Source: Chrysomallon squamiferum (Eukaryota; Animalia; Mollusca). Taken from it: a DNA stretch of 64,000 nucleotides. Position 1 is the stretch's first letter, and every line of letters begins with the position of its first letter. The stretch is from the NCBI GenBank assembly GCA_012295275.1, contig CM022673.1, positions 11,966,001-12,030,000 of the forward strand, read 5' to 3'. Position numbers and translations under genes: made by a program. The notes below the pieces were generated by a model. The model was not told the DNA's origin. It worked only from the letters and a program-made list of their open reading frames with translations, and did not search any database. This document shows positions 1 to 20,209 of this stretch, in pieces.

Positions 1-159
1 GTCCAAACTGATACATTTACCAATTTAATGTACAAACGCACACAGACACACACAGAGGCACACATACACACACGCACGCACACAGACACATTCATTTACA
101 AATCTACATACAAAAATATTTGTTAATTTACTGCGCAATAAAATAAAAGATAATCGTAC

Positions 160-2227
<2,068 letters not shown>

Positions 2228-4091
2228 TTTTTATTTTTTTTCCTTGGCATTTTCTTGTTGATTTTGTTGTTTTTTTGGAGGGATGGTTCCCATAAACACG
2301 TTTGACTTTAATCTTTAATCTAAGAATGACGTAGTGGGTGCTGATAGGTACGATTATATAAAGACCAGGTTACTAGGTTACTTCTGTGTTTATATGTATT
2401 TTATGTTCTTTCCATGTTAAGCTGTGGTACGCAGGCTCAGTCCTCTGTAATGGAAGCAACAGTAATACATGAACTCAGTGACTCGTACTTTATTAAAATA
2501 AATCTTTTAGTAACTAAGCCAGATTTTATTTCTTTTCTCGTGTTTTATTATAGTTCAAAATATGTGTTTATTTACTTATAATATTAGAAACCTATAAGTA
2601 TTTTCCACACTCTTAAAAAATGATTGTTTCAGTTATATCGTGCACATTTTGTCACAGTGGGAGACATTTATACTAAAAATTCGTGTTATCTGTTTTGTTG
2701 TTTTGATTAACATGCATTTATTAAAACTAATCCTCTGTCAGCTGAACCCTCTTATTCTTCTTTTTTTCTTTATTATAATAGACTGAATTTTGATACAACA
2801 GTCCTGATATCTTTTTAATATCAAATCATGCTGGAAAGGCGAGCCTCAGTAATCTTTACACTGCTTTCTGACCTTTTAGTCAAAATTATAATTACAGAGT
2901 TATAAACACGATTCTCTATTCGTTCGATCATCAAGATTTACCGAACAAAGGTGATGTTTTCAGTGGACATGAAATATTGTTTTGTTCTAAGTCATGTAAA
3001 TTCTTGCAGTGTAATTTTTATGATGCAATAATGTGAATATAACTATCAACTTAATATTATTTTAACTTTAATTTTTATTATTATTATTACATATATATAT
3101 ATATATATATATATTGTTGCTGTTGTTGTTGTTCATGCTACCTTGCTGTACATACACGTATAGAAATATAAACAGTAATTGTCCCGTTTCCATTTTTGCT
3201 ACAGTCGAAACAAATGACAATGAAAATGTCCTCTAGTTGTTATTTCCTCTTCTGCCGTTCCAACTGGAACTCGATGACTTACGACTGACGTACACTTTAC
3301 GCTGTAATGTATAAAAAGATTAAGAATATCAAACAGAAATAATCAAAAAGAACAAAACGGAAGAAATATCTCTTATTTGTTTCTCTCATAAATATTATTT
3401 ACAGTCTACCAAATCTACAGTCATAAAAAATCCTAGAAATTCAGGATTACAGAACATGTTTGATTCTTTAAAAGTAGGTTAAACAACCACTAGACACTTT
3501 TAACAGAAATTCGTAGTATAGATTACAGATATTAGATTTTTGTTTACATAATATTTCATGCTCAGTATTATATCAAGTAACGCGTTGGCATAAAGGTTTG
3601 TTTACTCTGTATTTTTCTCAGATTGCTTTACATTTTTATGATTAGGTTGTTGCTGTAATTTAGAAAGATCTTCTTTACTTTGTGCGTTTTTTTGTTTTGT
3701 TTTTTTGTTGTTGTATTTTTTGTTTTTGTTGTTGTGGTTGTTGCTTTTTCAATACACTGCAATCTTTAGTATAAATATTACGTAGAACTAGTTGTAGAAG
3801 ATCTGTTCTGAGAAAAATGAACTTCACTAGTAGATTAATAAAGTTAATAATATAAATAACCTAACCAATCAAAGGACTGCTAAACTCAGAAACATCGTTT
3901 TTCTGCGACGTTCCACTCCTACTCGTCATCGGGTCTACTCCTACGAGAGACGACGGACACGTCATGAATTTATCACAGTTAAAAGTACAATGACACAGTT
4001 AATCACGATTATTAATAACAAAATCAGCACTCGTGAGTTTTTATGGACGGAATGGGGTTTTTTTGCTGGTTTGTTGGTTGTTTTTTTTTTT

Positions 4092-4159
4092 TCAGTGTAT
4101 TGTCAAATACGTGAAACCAGTAAGTATCGCTGTGGTAGTCGACAAAAACATTTCGTTTC
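4092..4159 (-). other. Orphan duplicate of the mucin terminal (GPI-signal) exon with partial 3' UTR
   Basis: TTCAG acceptor + [25 protein letters not shown] intact; 3' UTR homology runs to ~3645; no upstream exons of its own. Confidence 0.7.
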
Positions 4160-4614
4160 CTGAATATAAAAAATGACGCAATAAAACGATCTACGTGAAT
4201 GTAATAAAAGACGCCGTGATGAACTATGTCAGTATTTATTGTCACACATTGCGTGCAAAGTGGTTGGATCTAATACCTCGAGCTCGCGTTGGGCTAAATC
4301 TCGCTCCACACCTTTTTTTTTTCATCTTTTTTTTTTTTCTAGTAAATCAAAGACGGTGTTTTCTGCATCAGTAATTCTCAAACCTCTTCAACAAACTGAA
4401 CTCTTGTCCTGACTCGCTGTAGTAGTAGATCGTATTTATTTTCATCACAGATATAAATCAGCTAACAAGTCAAGAAAGAAAAGACTGCCTCATGTTTAAA
4501 CTGGTACACTCTCGACACCAGATCGTGTAGGAATCTGAATATCGAAGACGTTGTCTTTAACAGTTGAACAATTTTACACAAGGAGAAGGTATTTTATGAT
4601 CAAAAGAAGAAAAA

Positions 4615-4660
<46 letters not shown>

Positions 4661-4863
4661 TAATAATAATAATAAAAAATAAATAATAATAATAATTATA
4701 ATAATAATAATAAAAATAATCTGGTACGTCTAAACAAATAAGTACTACGATGAGTAAATTTATAATACCTCAATTATAATATCTCTATTATTGATAGTTT
4801 AGAAATAAGCATATACGTGCAAACTTACACACATGCATGCATACATACATAAATACATACATG

Positions 4864-4903
<40 letters not shown>

Positions 4904-5958
4904 TATATATATACACATACATACACTCACCCATATATATATACACATATACATTATTAGTAGTATTAGTAGTAGTAGTAGTAGTAGTAGTATTTATTCT
5001 TTTATTTATTATAATTTTTTATTATTTTTTGCTTTATTATATAAATAATAAAAAGTACTAAACTAATCAAATATTGTGTGCGATCGGCGATTTTTCACGG
5101 TTTACATTTTCTGTCGTGTGACTAATGCTTCAGAATAATGAACGCCGTCTTGCGATTATTAGCTTATGTTCCGTGTTTCTGCTTTTCAAATAAGGTCGGG
5201 AATTAGATGCACTGTTATTTACAATCTCCAGTACAATGACATATTTTATTACACACCCAAAACAAAACAAAAACCTCCCACGCTCTTACAACTGAAGATT
5301 TAAAACTGATTTATTCTACTGGGTCACATCCGGGATTAAAAGCCTGCAACATACTAAGTAAAAATTCAGGACCATCAAGATGGCAGCCATGATATTTCTG
5401 CATTAATAATCAATATATAACCGAAGGATAAATTGCAAAAGTCACTCCCCAAAAATATATACATTCTAGGGGTAACATAGGAAAATACACAGATATGAGA
5501 TAGGTTACTCTCATTCCTAGTAACTGTTTGATGCAAAACCAGTTGTTTTGGCGGCTGGTGGTCCGTTGGTTAATGCAATAATTATTTACGTGTGTTAATG
5601 TAAACTATAGATTATGTACTTTACCTATTCATTTTAATGATACAACGGTTTGGTTGTACATTCATAAAATATTTCTTAAATTGATCCCAAATTAGGCATC
5701 CTACCACCAAATCTTCTTAATTACTTTTTAGATGCGTCACTTTCTTTACTAATATATTTATTATTAATTTAGCCAAATATTTTTATTAATTCTAACAATT
5801 TATATAATGATGATACTAGTTTGCAGCAACTGATTTTTATACGTATTCACATAGTTAGAAAAGCATTTAGAGGGAAGAGCCACTGTTTGGAACGGAAATA
5901 ATAGGTAAGCTCCAGTGTCTCTGCAGAACGGCGTTTGAAGAAATTAATTATGCATTCA

Positions 5959-6054
<96 letters not shown>

Positions 6055-6062
6055 CCCTCCCT

Positions 6063-6188
<126 letters not shown>

Positions 6189-6369
6189 ATTTATCTCTCT
6201 CAATCAAACTATTGTACTTACTCTGTTTCAGATTCACTCATCCATTCTCTCTCCCTTTCTCTCACTCAATAGGTTACAGCTTTCGTTCTGAAATACAAAC
6301 ATCTGCTTAACAAAAACAGAGCAAGGATTTAAAAGGTGTTTTTTAAATGAAATAATAAAAAAGAATTTG

Positions 6370-6420
6370 TCTGAATGTATCTTTATTTCAGAACAAACGT
6401 CTTCATCAGATACATGCAGG
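6370..6420 (-). terminator. Putative poly(A) signal motif of M4
   Basis: Same motif, ~560 nt after the stop. Confidence 0.55.
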
Positions 6421-6534
6421 TTTTTTCACACAAATGAAAGAACATCAAGAAACAAAATTAAATAATTATCATTTAGTCGTTGACAGTTTACTAGAAAATC
6501 CAAAAGGGGTTATAAGAACTTTCGTTAGTTTATT

Positions 6535-6565
<31 letters not shown>

Positions 6566-6945
6566 TTTGTTATTACGTTGTTGCTGTAATTTGGAAAGAT
6601 CTTCCTTCCTTTGTTTGTGTTTTTATTTTTGAACACACTACAATCTTGAGTATAAATATCATGTAGAACTAGATGTAAAAGATCTGTTCTGAAAAAAAAA
6701 AAACTTCATTAGTAGGTTAATAAAGTTAAGGACTGCTAAACTCAGAAACATCGTTTTTCTGCGACGTTCTACTCTTACTCATCCTGGGGTCTACTCCTAC
6801 GAGAGACGACGGAATCGTCATGACTTTATCACAGTTAAAAGTACAATCACACAGTTAATCACGATTATTAATAACAAAATCAGCACTCATGAGTCTTTAT
6901 GGACGGAATGGGTTTTTTTGCTGGTTTGTTGTTGTTTTATTTTTT

Positions 6946-10584
<3,639 letters not shown>

Positions 10585-10685
10585 TTTATGTTATTACCTG
10601 ATATATGTTTTTCCCCTTGAACACGTGGGACTTTAGTCTTGTATCACGTATCTCTCAGCAAGATGTGGTGAGTGGTGATAGGCAC

Positions 10686-10709
10686 GATTATATAAAGACC
10701 AGGTTACTA
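10686..10709 (-). promoter_or_regulatory. Putative TATA box of M4
   Basis: Same conserved motif (also 14393-14416 variant and 2352-2375). Confidence 0.6.
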
Positions 10710-11185
10710 GGATACTTGTGTGTTTATACGTATGTTAAATAAATAGGATGATCAAATGAACAGAGAATTATATATTTGACTGACAGGTTAAAAAACAATG
10801 TGAAGACTTTTGAGGTCCGACCTTCCAGCATGATTTGGTATTAAGAAGGTATCATAATTCACTGTCTATTACGAGAAAGACAAAAGAGTAAAAGGGATCA
10901 CGTGACAAAGGGTAATTTTGAAATAATGCCTCTAAAACTAAGCAACAAAACAGCAAACAGAAAACACTGGAAGATGATCATGCAGTCAGAAAACGTGATA
11001 AGACCTTTTCAAAAATAACTTTAGAAACATTAGCCAGAAATCATGATTTACAGAACAAAGGTGATGTTGTTAGTGGACATATAAAATTTCTTCTTCTAAG
11101 TCATGTTCTAAGAAAATTCTAGTAGTTGTAATTTTTATGATGCAGTAATGTGAATATAACTATGAACTTATTATTATTTAATTTG

Positions 11186-11217
<32 letters not shown>

Positions 11218-12112
11218 CGTTATTGTTATTTACTTATTTATTTATTTATTTACTATTTTTATTGACTTTTTATTGATTGCACACACACACACACACACAT
11301 ATATATACACATTTATGAATATAAAGAGTAATTGTGCCGTTTCGTTTTTGCTACTAGTTAAAACACAATTTGCTTCCCGGGCACTGACACTATACATATA
11401 CATATGTATTTAAAAATTATAAAATAATTATAAGAGAATTATCAAATTCGTTTTCGAAACACTCGAAATGAAAATGTCCTAACGATATTTCTTTCTCTCA
11501 TAAATATTATTAACAGTCCATCAAACCATCTCATAAAATATCCTAGAAATTCAGGATTAGAGAACACGTTTGATTCTTTAAAAGTAGGTTAAACAACCAC
11601 CAGACACTTTTGACAGAAATTCGCAATATAGATTACAGATTAAACAACCACTATTTAAAGGTTTGTTTACTCTGTATTTTTCACTATTTTTTATATGTTT
11701 TTATGATACGAGGTTCTGCGACTTTCTGACATTACGAGGGATCTCTTAGAACCGGCTTGCCAGCGAGGTAAGTTGCCAGTAATTTTGAGAGTGTGAGAGT
11801 GACGAGCCTGTAACGAAGAAATCACTACGTCGGCAGATGCCGGTTTGCGTAGACGTAGTGAAAGACACGCCAGCTGGGCAGGTCGTGGTTGATGACGTGG
11901 GGAGGATTCAGCATGCAAATTAGGACAAATTTCACATTTGGACGTTGCCGTGTCCAAACTGATACATTTACCAATTTAATGTACAAACGCACACAGACAC
12001 ACACAGAGGCACACATACACACACGCACGCACACAGACACACATTCATTTACAAATCTACATACAAAAATATTTGTTAATTTACTGCGCAATAAAATAAA
12101 AGATAATCGTAC

Positions 12113-14276
<2,164 letters not shown>

Positions 14277-15747
14277 TTTTTATTTTTTTCCTTGGCATTT
14301 TCTTGTTGATTTTGTTGTTTTTTTGGAGGGATGGTCCCCATAAACACGTTTGACTTTAATCTAAGAATGATGTGGTGAGTGGTGATCGGTACGATTATAT
14401 AACGACCAGGTTACTAGGTGACTTCTGTGATTATATGTATTTTATGTTCTTTCCATGTTAAGCTATGGTACGCAAGCTCAGTCCTCTGTAAGTGAAGCAA
14501 TAGTAATACATGATCTCAGTGACTTGTACTTTATTAAAATAAATCTTTTTAGTAACTAAGCCAGATTTTATTTCTTTTCTCGTGTTTTATTATAGTTCAA
14601 AACACGTGTTTATTTACTTATAATATTAGAAACCTATAAGTATTTTCCACATTCTTAAAACATGGTTGTTTCAGTTAAATCGTGCTTATTTTGTCACAGT
14701 GGGAGACATTAATACTAAAATTTCGTGTTATCTGTTTTGTTGTTTTGATTTACATGCATTTATTAAAACTAATCCTCTCTCAGCTGAACCCTGTTATTCT
14801 TCTTTCTTCTTTATCATAATAGACTGAATTTTGATACAACAGTCCTGATATCTTTTTAATATCAAATCATGCTGGAAAGGCGAGCCTCGGTAATCTTTAC
14901 ACTGCTTTCTGACCTTTTAGTCAACTTAATCAACTTAATATTATTTTAATTTTAATTTTTATTATTATTATTACATATATATATATACTGTTGCTGTTGT
15001 TGTTGTTCATGCTGTTTATTTATTAACTCCTGGAAGGAGTTTATAAATACACACGCACGCACAGATACACACATACACACACATACACGTATAGAAATAT
15101 AAACAGTAATTGTCCCGTTTCCATTTTTCCTACAGTCGAAACAAATGAAAATGAAAATGTCCTCTAGTTGTTTTTTCCTCTTTTCCCGTTCCAACTGGAA
15201 CTCGATAATTAACGACTGACGTACACTTTACACTGTAATATATAAAAAGATTAAGAATGTCAAATAGAAATAATCAAAATGAACAAAACTGAAGAAATAT
15301 CTCTTATTTGTTTCTCTCATAAATATTATTTACAGTCTACCAAACCGTGTCATAAAAAATCCTTGACTTTCAGTATAACAGAACGTGTTTGATTCTTTAA
15401 AAATAGGTTAAACACCCACCAGACACTTTTAACAGAAATTCGTAATATAGATTACAGATATTAGATTTTTGTTTACATAATATTTCATACTCAATATTAT
15501 ATCAAGTAACGCGTTGGCATAAAGGTTTGTTTACTCTCTATTTTTCTCAGATTGCTTTACATTTTTCATGATTCCCTTTCTTGAGTTTTTAATCATTTTG
15601 GTGGTTTTTTCAATAAGGTAAAACAATAATAAAAAAATTCAAGTTTTTCATTCTATTTTGAAAATCATTTGATAATATTTCAGTCTTCAGCTATGAAATA
15701 TAAATTAATGTATATATAGATATATACATACATATATAAATACGTAC

Positions 15748-15779
<32 letters not shown>

Positions 15780-15924
15780 GCAGACACACATATACATATA
15801 TACATACACGCATATATACATATATGGACATAAACATATACATGCGCATACTCTCACGCATGGGCAGAATAAAATAAGCGACATTAAGTCATACTGTTTT
15901 GTCCTGCGAGTTAGATACAAAAGA

Positions 15925-16477
15925 ACCACTAGCGTCCGTTAAAAGCATTCGCTTTATTATATAAATATTTCTACTGTTAGGAAAAACACAACACGAACTA
16001 AACATCCGAGCAAACGTGATCTGAATGAGAAGAAATAATTATGTGTTAGATTAAAAAGTAGTTAAACAGAAGACGCTTCATCTAAACAAACAAACAAACA
16101 AACAAACAAAAAAAGACGTACAGAAATCTTTTAAAAATATTTTTTTATTTCAAACAAAGTAGTCGTTTCCAGATATTCCCACGTTTTGTGAAATACAATA
16201 CCATGCGAGCCAAAAACAACACGTTTCTGTACGATTCGGAATTAAAGTCACGTGCATAAATTGCAAATGGCCGCTGGTCGTCTTTACTGAAGGAAATATA
16301 TACAGACAGCTACTTACAAATGTCATCAATGAATAACCAGCCATTTGTTTAACACACTCACCGAGGAGAGATGGTCGATGTATACCTGATAAATACGTTT
16401 AGTCTTGTATCAGATATTCCGTGTTGCTTTGCCAAACTGAAAGATTAGAGCCATTCAGATAATATAACATTCTGGTC

Positions 16478-16480
<3 letters not shown>
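15925..16480. repeat. Dispersed repeat, inverted copy at ~24565-25065
   Basis: Near-identical 64-aa ORFs on opposite strands (16150-16344 minus, 24737-24931 plus); further fragment at ~19485-19540. Confidence 0.8.
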
Positions 16481-16521
<41 letters not shown>

Positions 16522-17048
16522 TTTTTTTTTTTTATTATTACTGTTACTATTATTGTTATTATTATTATTATTACTATTATTATAATTGTTACTATTATTA
16601 TTATTAGCTTAATATGAGCGTTATATTATCTCAATACTGTTTTCTGTTTAAATAAATAAATCAATAACAAGAACAGACTGAACAAAACTGCGCTGATATA
16701 TTTCTGACACAATGTCTAAAAACTTGAATAAAGTCTAGCATCAGGTTTACAACACTTTCGATGGAAAAGGAAAAATAAAATAAAAATATGTATGCTAATA
16801 TAAAATTAAAAGCTTTGTATATTTCAAACACTGACTTTTAAAAGCAAACAGTGAATTTAATTTTGTTGAATCACTGGGTGCCGCAAACACATTGAGTAAA
16901 TACAAGCAAGACATTAATAGTCGCACTAAGAAAGACATACGTACAGAGAACAGTTAAGCGAGTGAGAGAACAAGTAAAATGGTCAGATGAATAAATAAAT
17001 AGATAGATAGAGAGATATATAGATAGAGAGATAGAGAGATAGTTAGAA

Positions 17049-17117
<69 letters not shown>

Positions 17118-18645
17118 TTAGATATGTTGATAGATGGATTTATGAATGGAGTGGAAACACACAGATAGATAGAGAGGGAAAGAGATCGATAGCGAGAGAT
17201 AGATATCTAGATAGAGTAGATAGATGACAAATATACAAATATAGATAGATAGATAATTAAAAAGGCAGATAGAGAGATGGTAAATATATAGAGAATGAGA
17301 AAGATAGATTGACAGACAGACAGACAGATAGATATGTGACAGAGAGACCATAAATACTCAGATAGATATAGAGATAGATAGACTAGATAGATCCACTGAC
17401 AGACAGATAGATAGAGATAGAGACATGTAGATTAGATAGAGAGATAGATAGATATATAGACATATGGTAAATAGTGAATGAGAGAGAAATATAGACACAT
17501 AGACAGACAGAAACACAGATAGATAGAGAGACTGACAGACAGACAGCTAAGTAAACAGATATATAGGTAAATGGATAGAAAACTGAGTGGATAGATCGAT
17601 GATGGATGAAAGATAGATAGACAGATGGACAGATGTTTCTATTGTTTTACTGTGTATGAATGTATGTGTATGTGTAGATAATTGTTGAGACAATAAAATA
17701 TCTGTCAGACTGTTATCGAATCTGATTTAATCGTTATAAACGTGATGGCAATACCGCTGAGGACCGCAATAGGTCAGCCTGTTAGATTTAATCACTTGTG
17801 ACATTTAAACATTCATTGACTTTTTATTTGAAAATGATTTTCGATAATGCTATGGGGGTAAAATATATTGAAACTAAAGAGGCTATTACTCCGTGTCATA
17901 GGATTTATAGCTGCATGTCGATTTTTTTTTTTTTTTTTTTTTTATTTACGTAATGAAACAAAAAATAATAAAAAATATGAGTACAAAAGAGATATTTGTG
18001 CTTGTATTTTCATAAACAGGAAATCACATGTCACAGTCTTTCGTGTGGCACTCGTGATTACTAGTTGGAACGGTATATAGCACAGTAGATGAACGAAGAA
18101 GACTTGAACAAGAGACCACTAGCGCAATAAACGATCCCTGTTTTGTAGGAAAGTATCAAGCTAGTCAAAGTTGGAACATAGCACGTTGTTAGATAACTCT
18201 GCTTATTTTATATGGTACTTGTCGTTAACGAGTTAACACTACGTCAGTTTGAAAAAGATACATTACTCATTGTATTTATAGTTTAGTGCTTTTTTTCTTC
18301 TCTTATTTTTTTTTTCCTGACAAGAACGGTAAATATTAGATATGTTTATCTTAATTTACCAACATAGTTTATCTCCCTTGATTTGTCGTTTTGGGTTTTT
18401 TTCTTTTTATTATTTATTATTATTTTTATTATTATCTTGTTAGGGTGTGTTATTGGGTGTAGACATGTTTTATTGTAATTCAGTAAGTAATAGTTTTATG
18501 ATGATGATAATGATAATAACATTATTGGATCTGACTGCCACTTTTTAGTTTATACTTTTTCTTCTGAAATACCAACATCTGCTTAACAAAAACAGAGCAA
18601 GGATTTAAAAGGTGTTTTTAAAATGAAATAATAAACAAGAATCGG

Positions 18646-18696
18646 TCTGAATGTATCTTTATTTCAGAACAAACGTCTTCATCAGATACATGCAGG
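18646..18696 (-). terminator. Putative poly(A) signal motif of M2
   Basis: Same motif, ~530 nt after the stop. Confidence 0.55.
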
Positions 18697-19191
18697 TTTT
18701 TTCACACAAATGAAAGAAGTTCAAGAAACAAAATTAAATTATTATCATTCAATCATTGATAGTTTACTAGAAATTCGAAAAGGGATTATTAGAACTTACC
18801 ATACATAATTTTATTTATTTATTTATTTATTTATTTGTTATTACTTTGTTGCTGTAATTTGAAAAGATGTTCCTTCCTTTGTGTTTTTTTTTTTTTTTAA
18901 ACACACAACAATCCTGAGTATAAATATAAATATGAAAAAAGAACTTCATTAGTAGATTAATAAAGATAAAGATTAAAGGACTGCTAAATCCAGAAACGTC
19001 GTTTTTCTGCGACGTTCTACTCTTACTCATCCTTGGGTCTATTCCTACCAGAGACGACGGAATCGTCATGAATTTATCACAGGTAAAAGTACAATCACAC
19101 AGTTAATCACGATTATTAATAACAAAATCAGCACTCATGAGTTTTCATGGACATTCCGTTTTTTTTTTTGGTTTGTTGTTGTTGTTGTTTT

Positions 19192-20151
19192 TCAGTGTAT
19201 TGTCAAATACGTGAAACCAGTAAGTATCGCTGTGGTAGTCGACAGAAACATTTCGTTTCCTGAAAATAAAAAAATAAATTTAATATGTGTACACACACAC
19301 ACAGACACACACACAAACACACACACACACGCACACATACACACAGACACTCAACACACAGACACACCCACCCACACTCAGACACAGTGTAAACTGGCAA
19401 AACCGGTCACTAGTTATCCCGGATTACCGTATATAGCGGCCATGTTTTTCGGTACCGAATTTACAAGTATAGATTACGTGTATAGACGTAACGTCTTGGC
19501 ACTTTGTCACTCTGAAAGATTAGAGCCACTCAGAAATTACGTGTATTAAAACCCATAATACGGATACCGTATTCATCCCCAAAGGCTTCAGTTATTGGTT
19601 AATTACGCTTGACAAACCGTAGACCGGGTAAGCTCAGCTGAATCACCTGACCTGAAACAGCGCGACTCGGTTTCTCTCGTTACGCTAGTGCGGGATATCA
19701 AACCAGACATTTCGCCTTACACCAGTAATCACGTTTTTGATCTTCACTATGATGTTACGACAAAACTCGTTAAGCATCTCGTGGATTTGTGGTTGTGCTA
19801 ACAAACAAATTAAAAATGGCATAGGCCCCTGCTCACTGTCACATTTTATTGACAATTTACAAATCAAATGTAGAGATCTACACTGCACGCTTTTTATCAT
19901 TTAATTTATATATGCGGAGAATTGAACTTTCATTAAAATCCAAGAATAATTCAACACGTGATTCCGAATCTGTACCCAAAATAAATGAGAAACAGTTAGG
20001 TGAGAAATTTGGACATGGCAGAAGTAAATATTCCAAACGTGGATCCCGATCAAATCGGGCATTTTTAAAGGTATCGTAGTGATCTGGTTTTGTCCATTTC
20101 TACAGAGACATATATATATATATATATACATTTACACACATATATGCTACA

Positions 20152-20209
<58 letters not shown>

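Noticed and set aside
16150-16344. 64-aa ORF duplicated at 24737-24931 as a small gene
   Set aside because: No recognisable motifs or gene context; conservation is explained by the DNA repeat.
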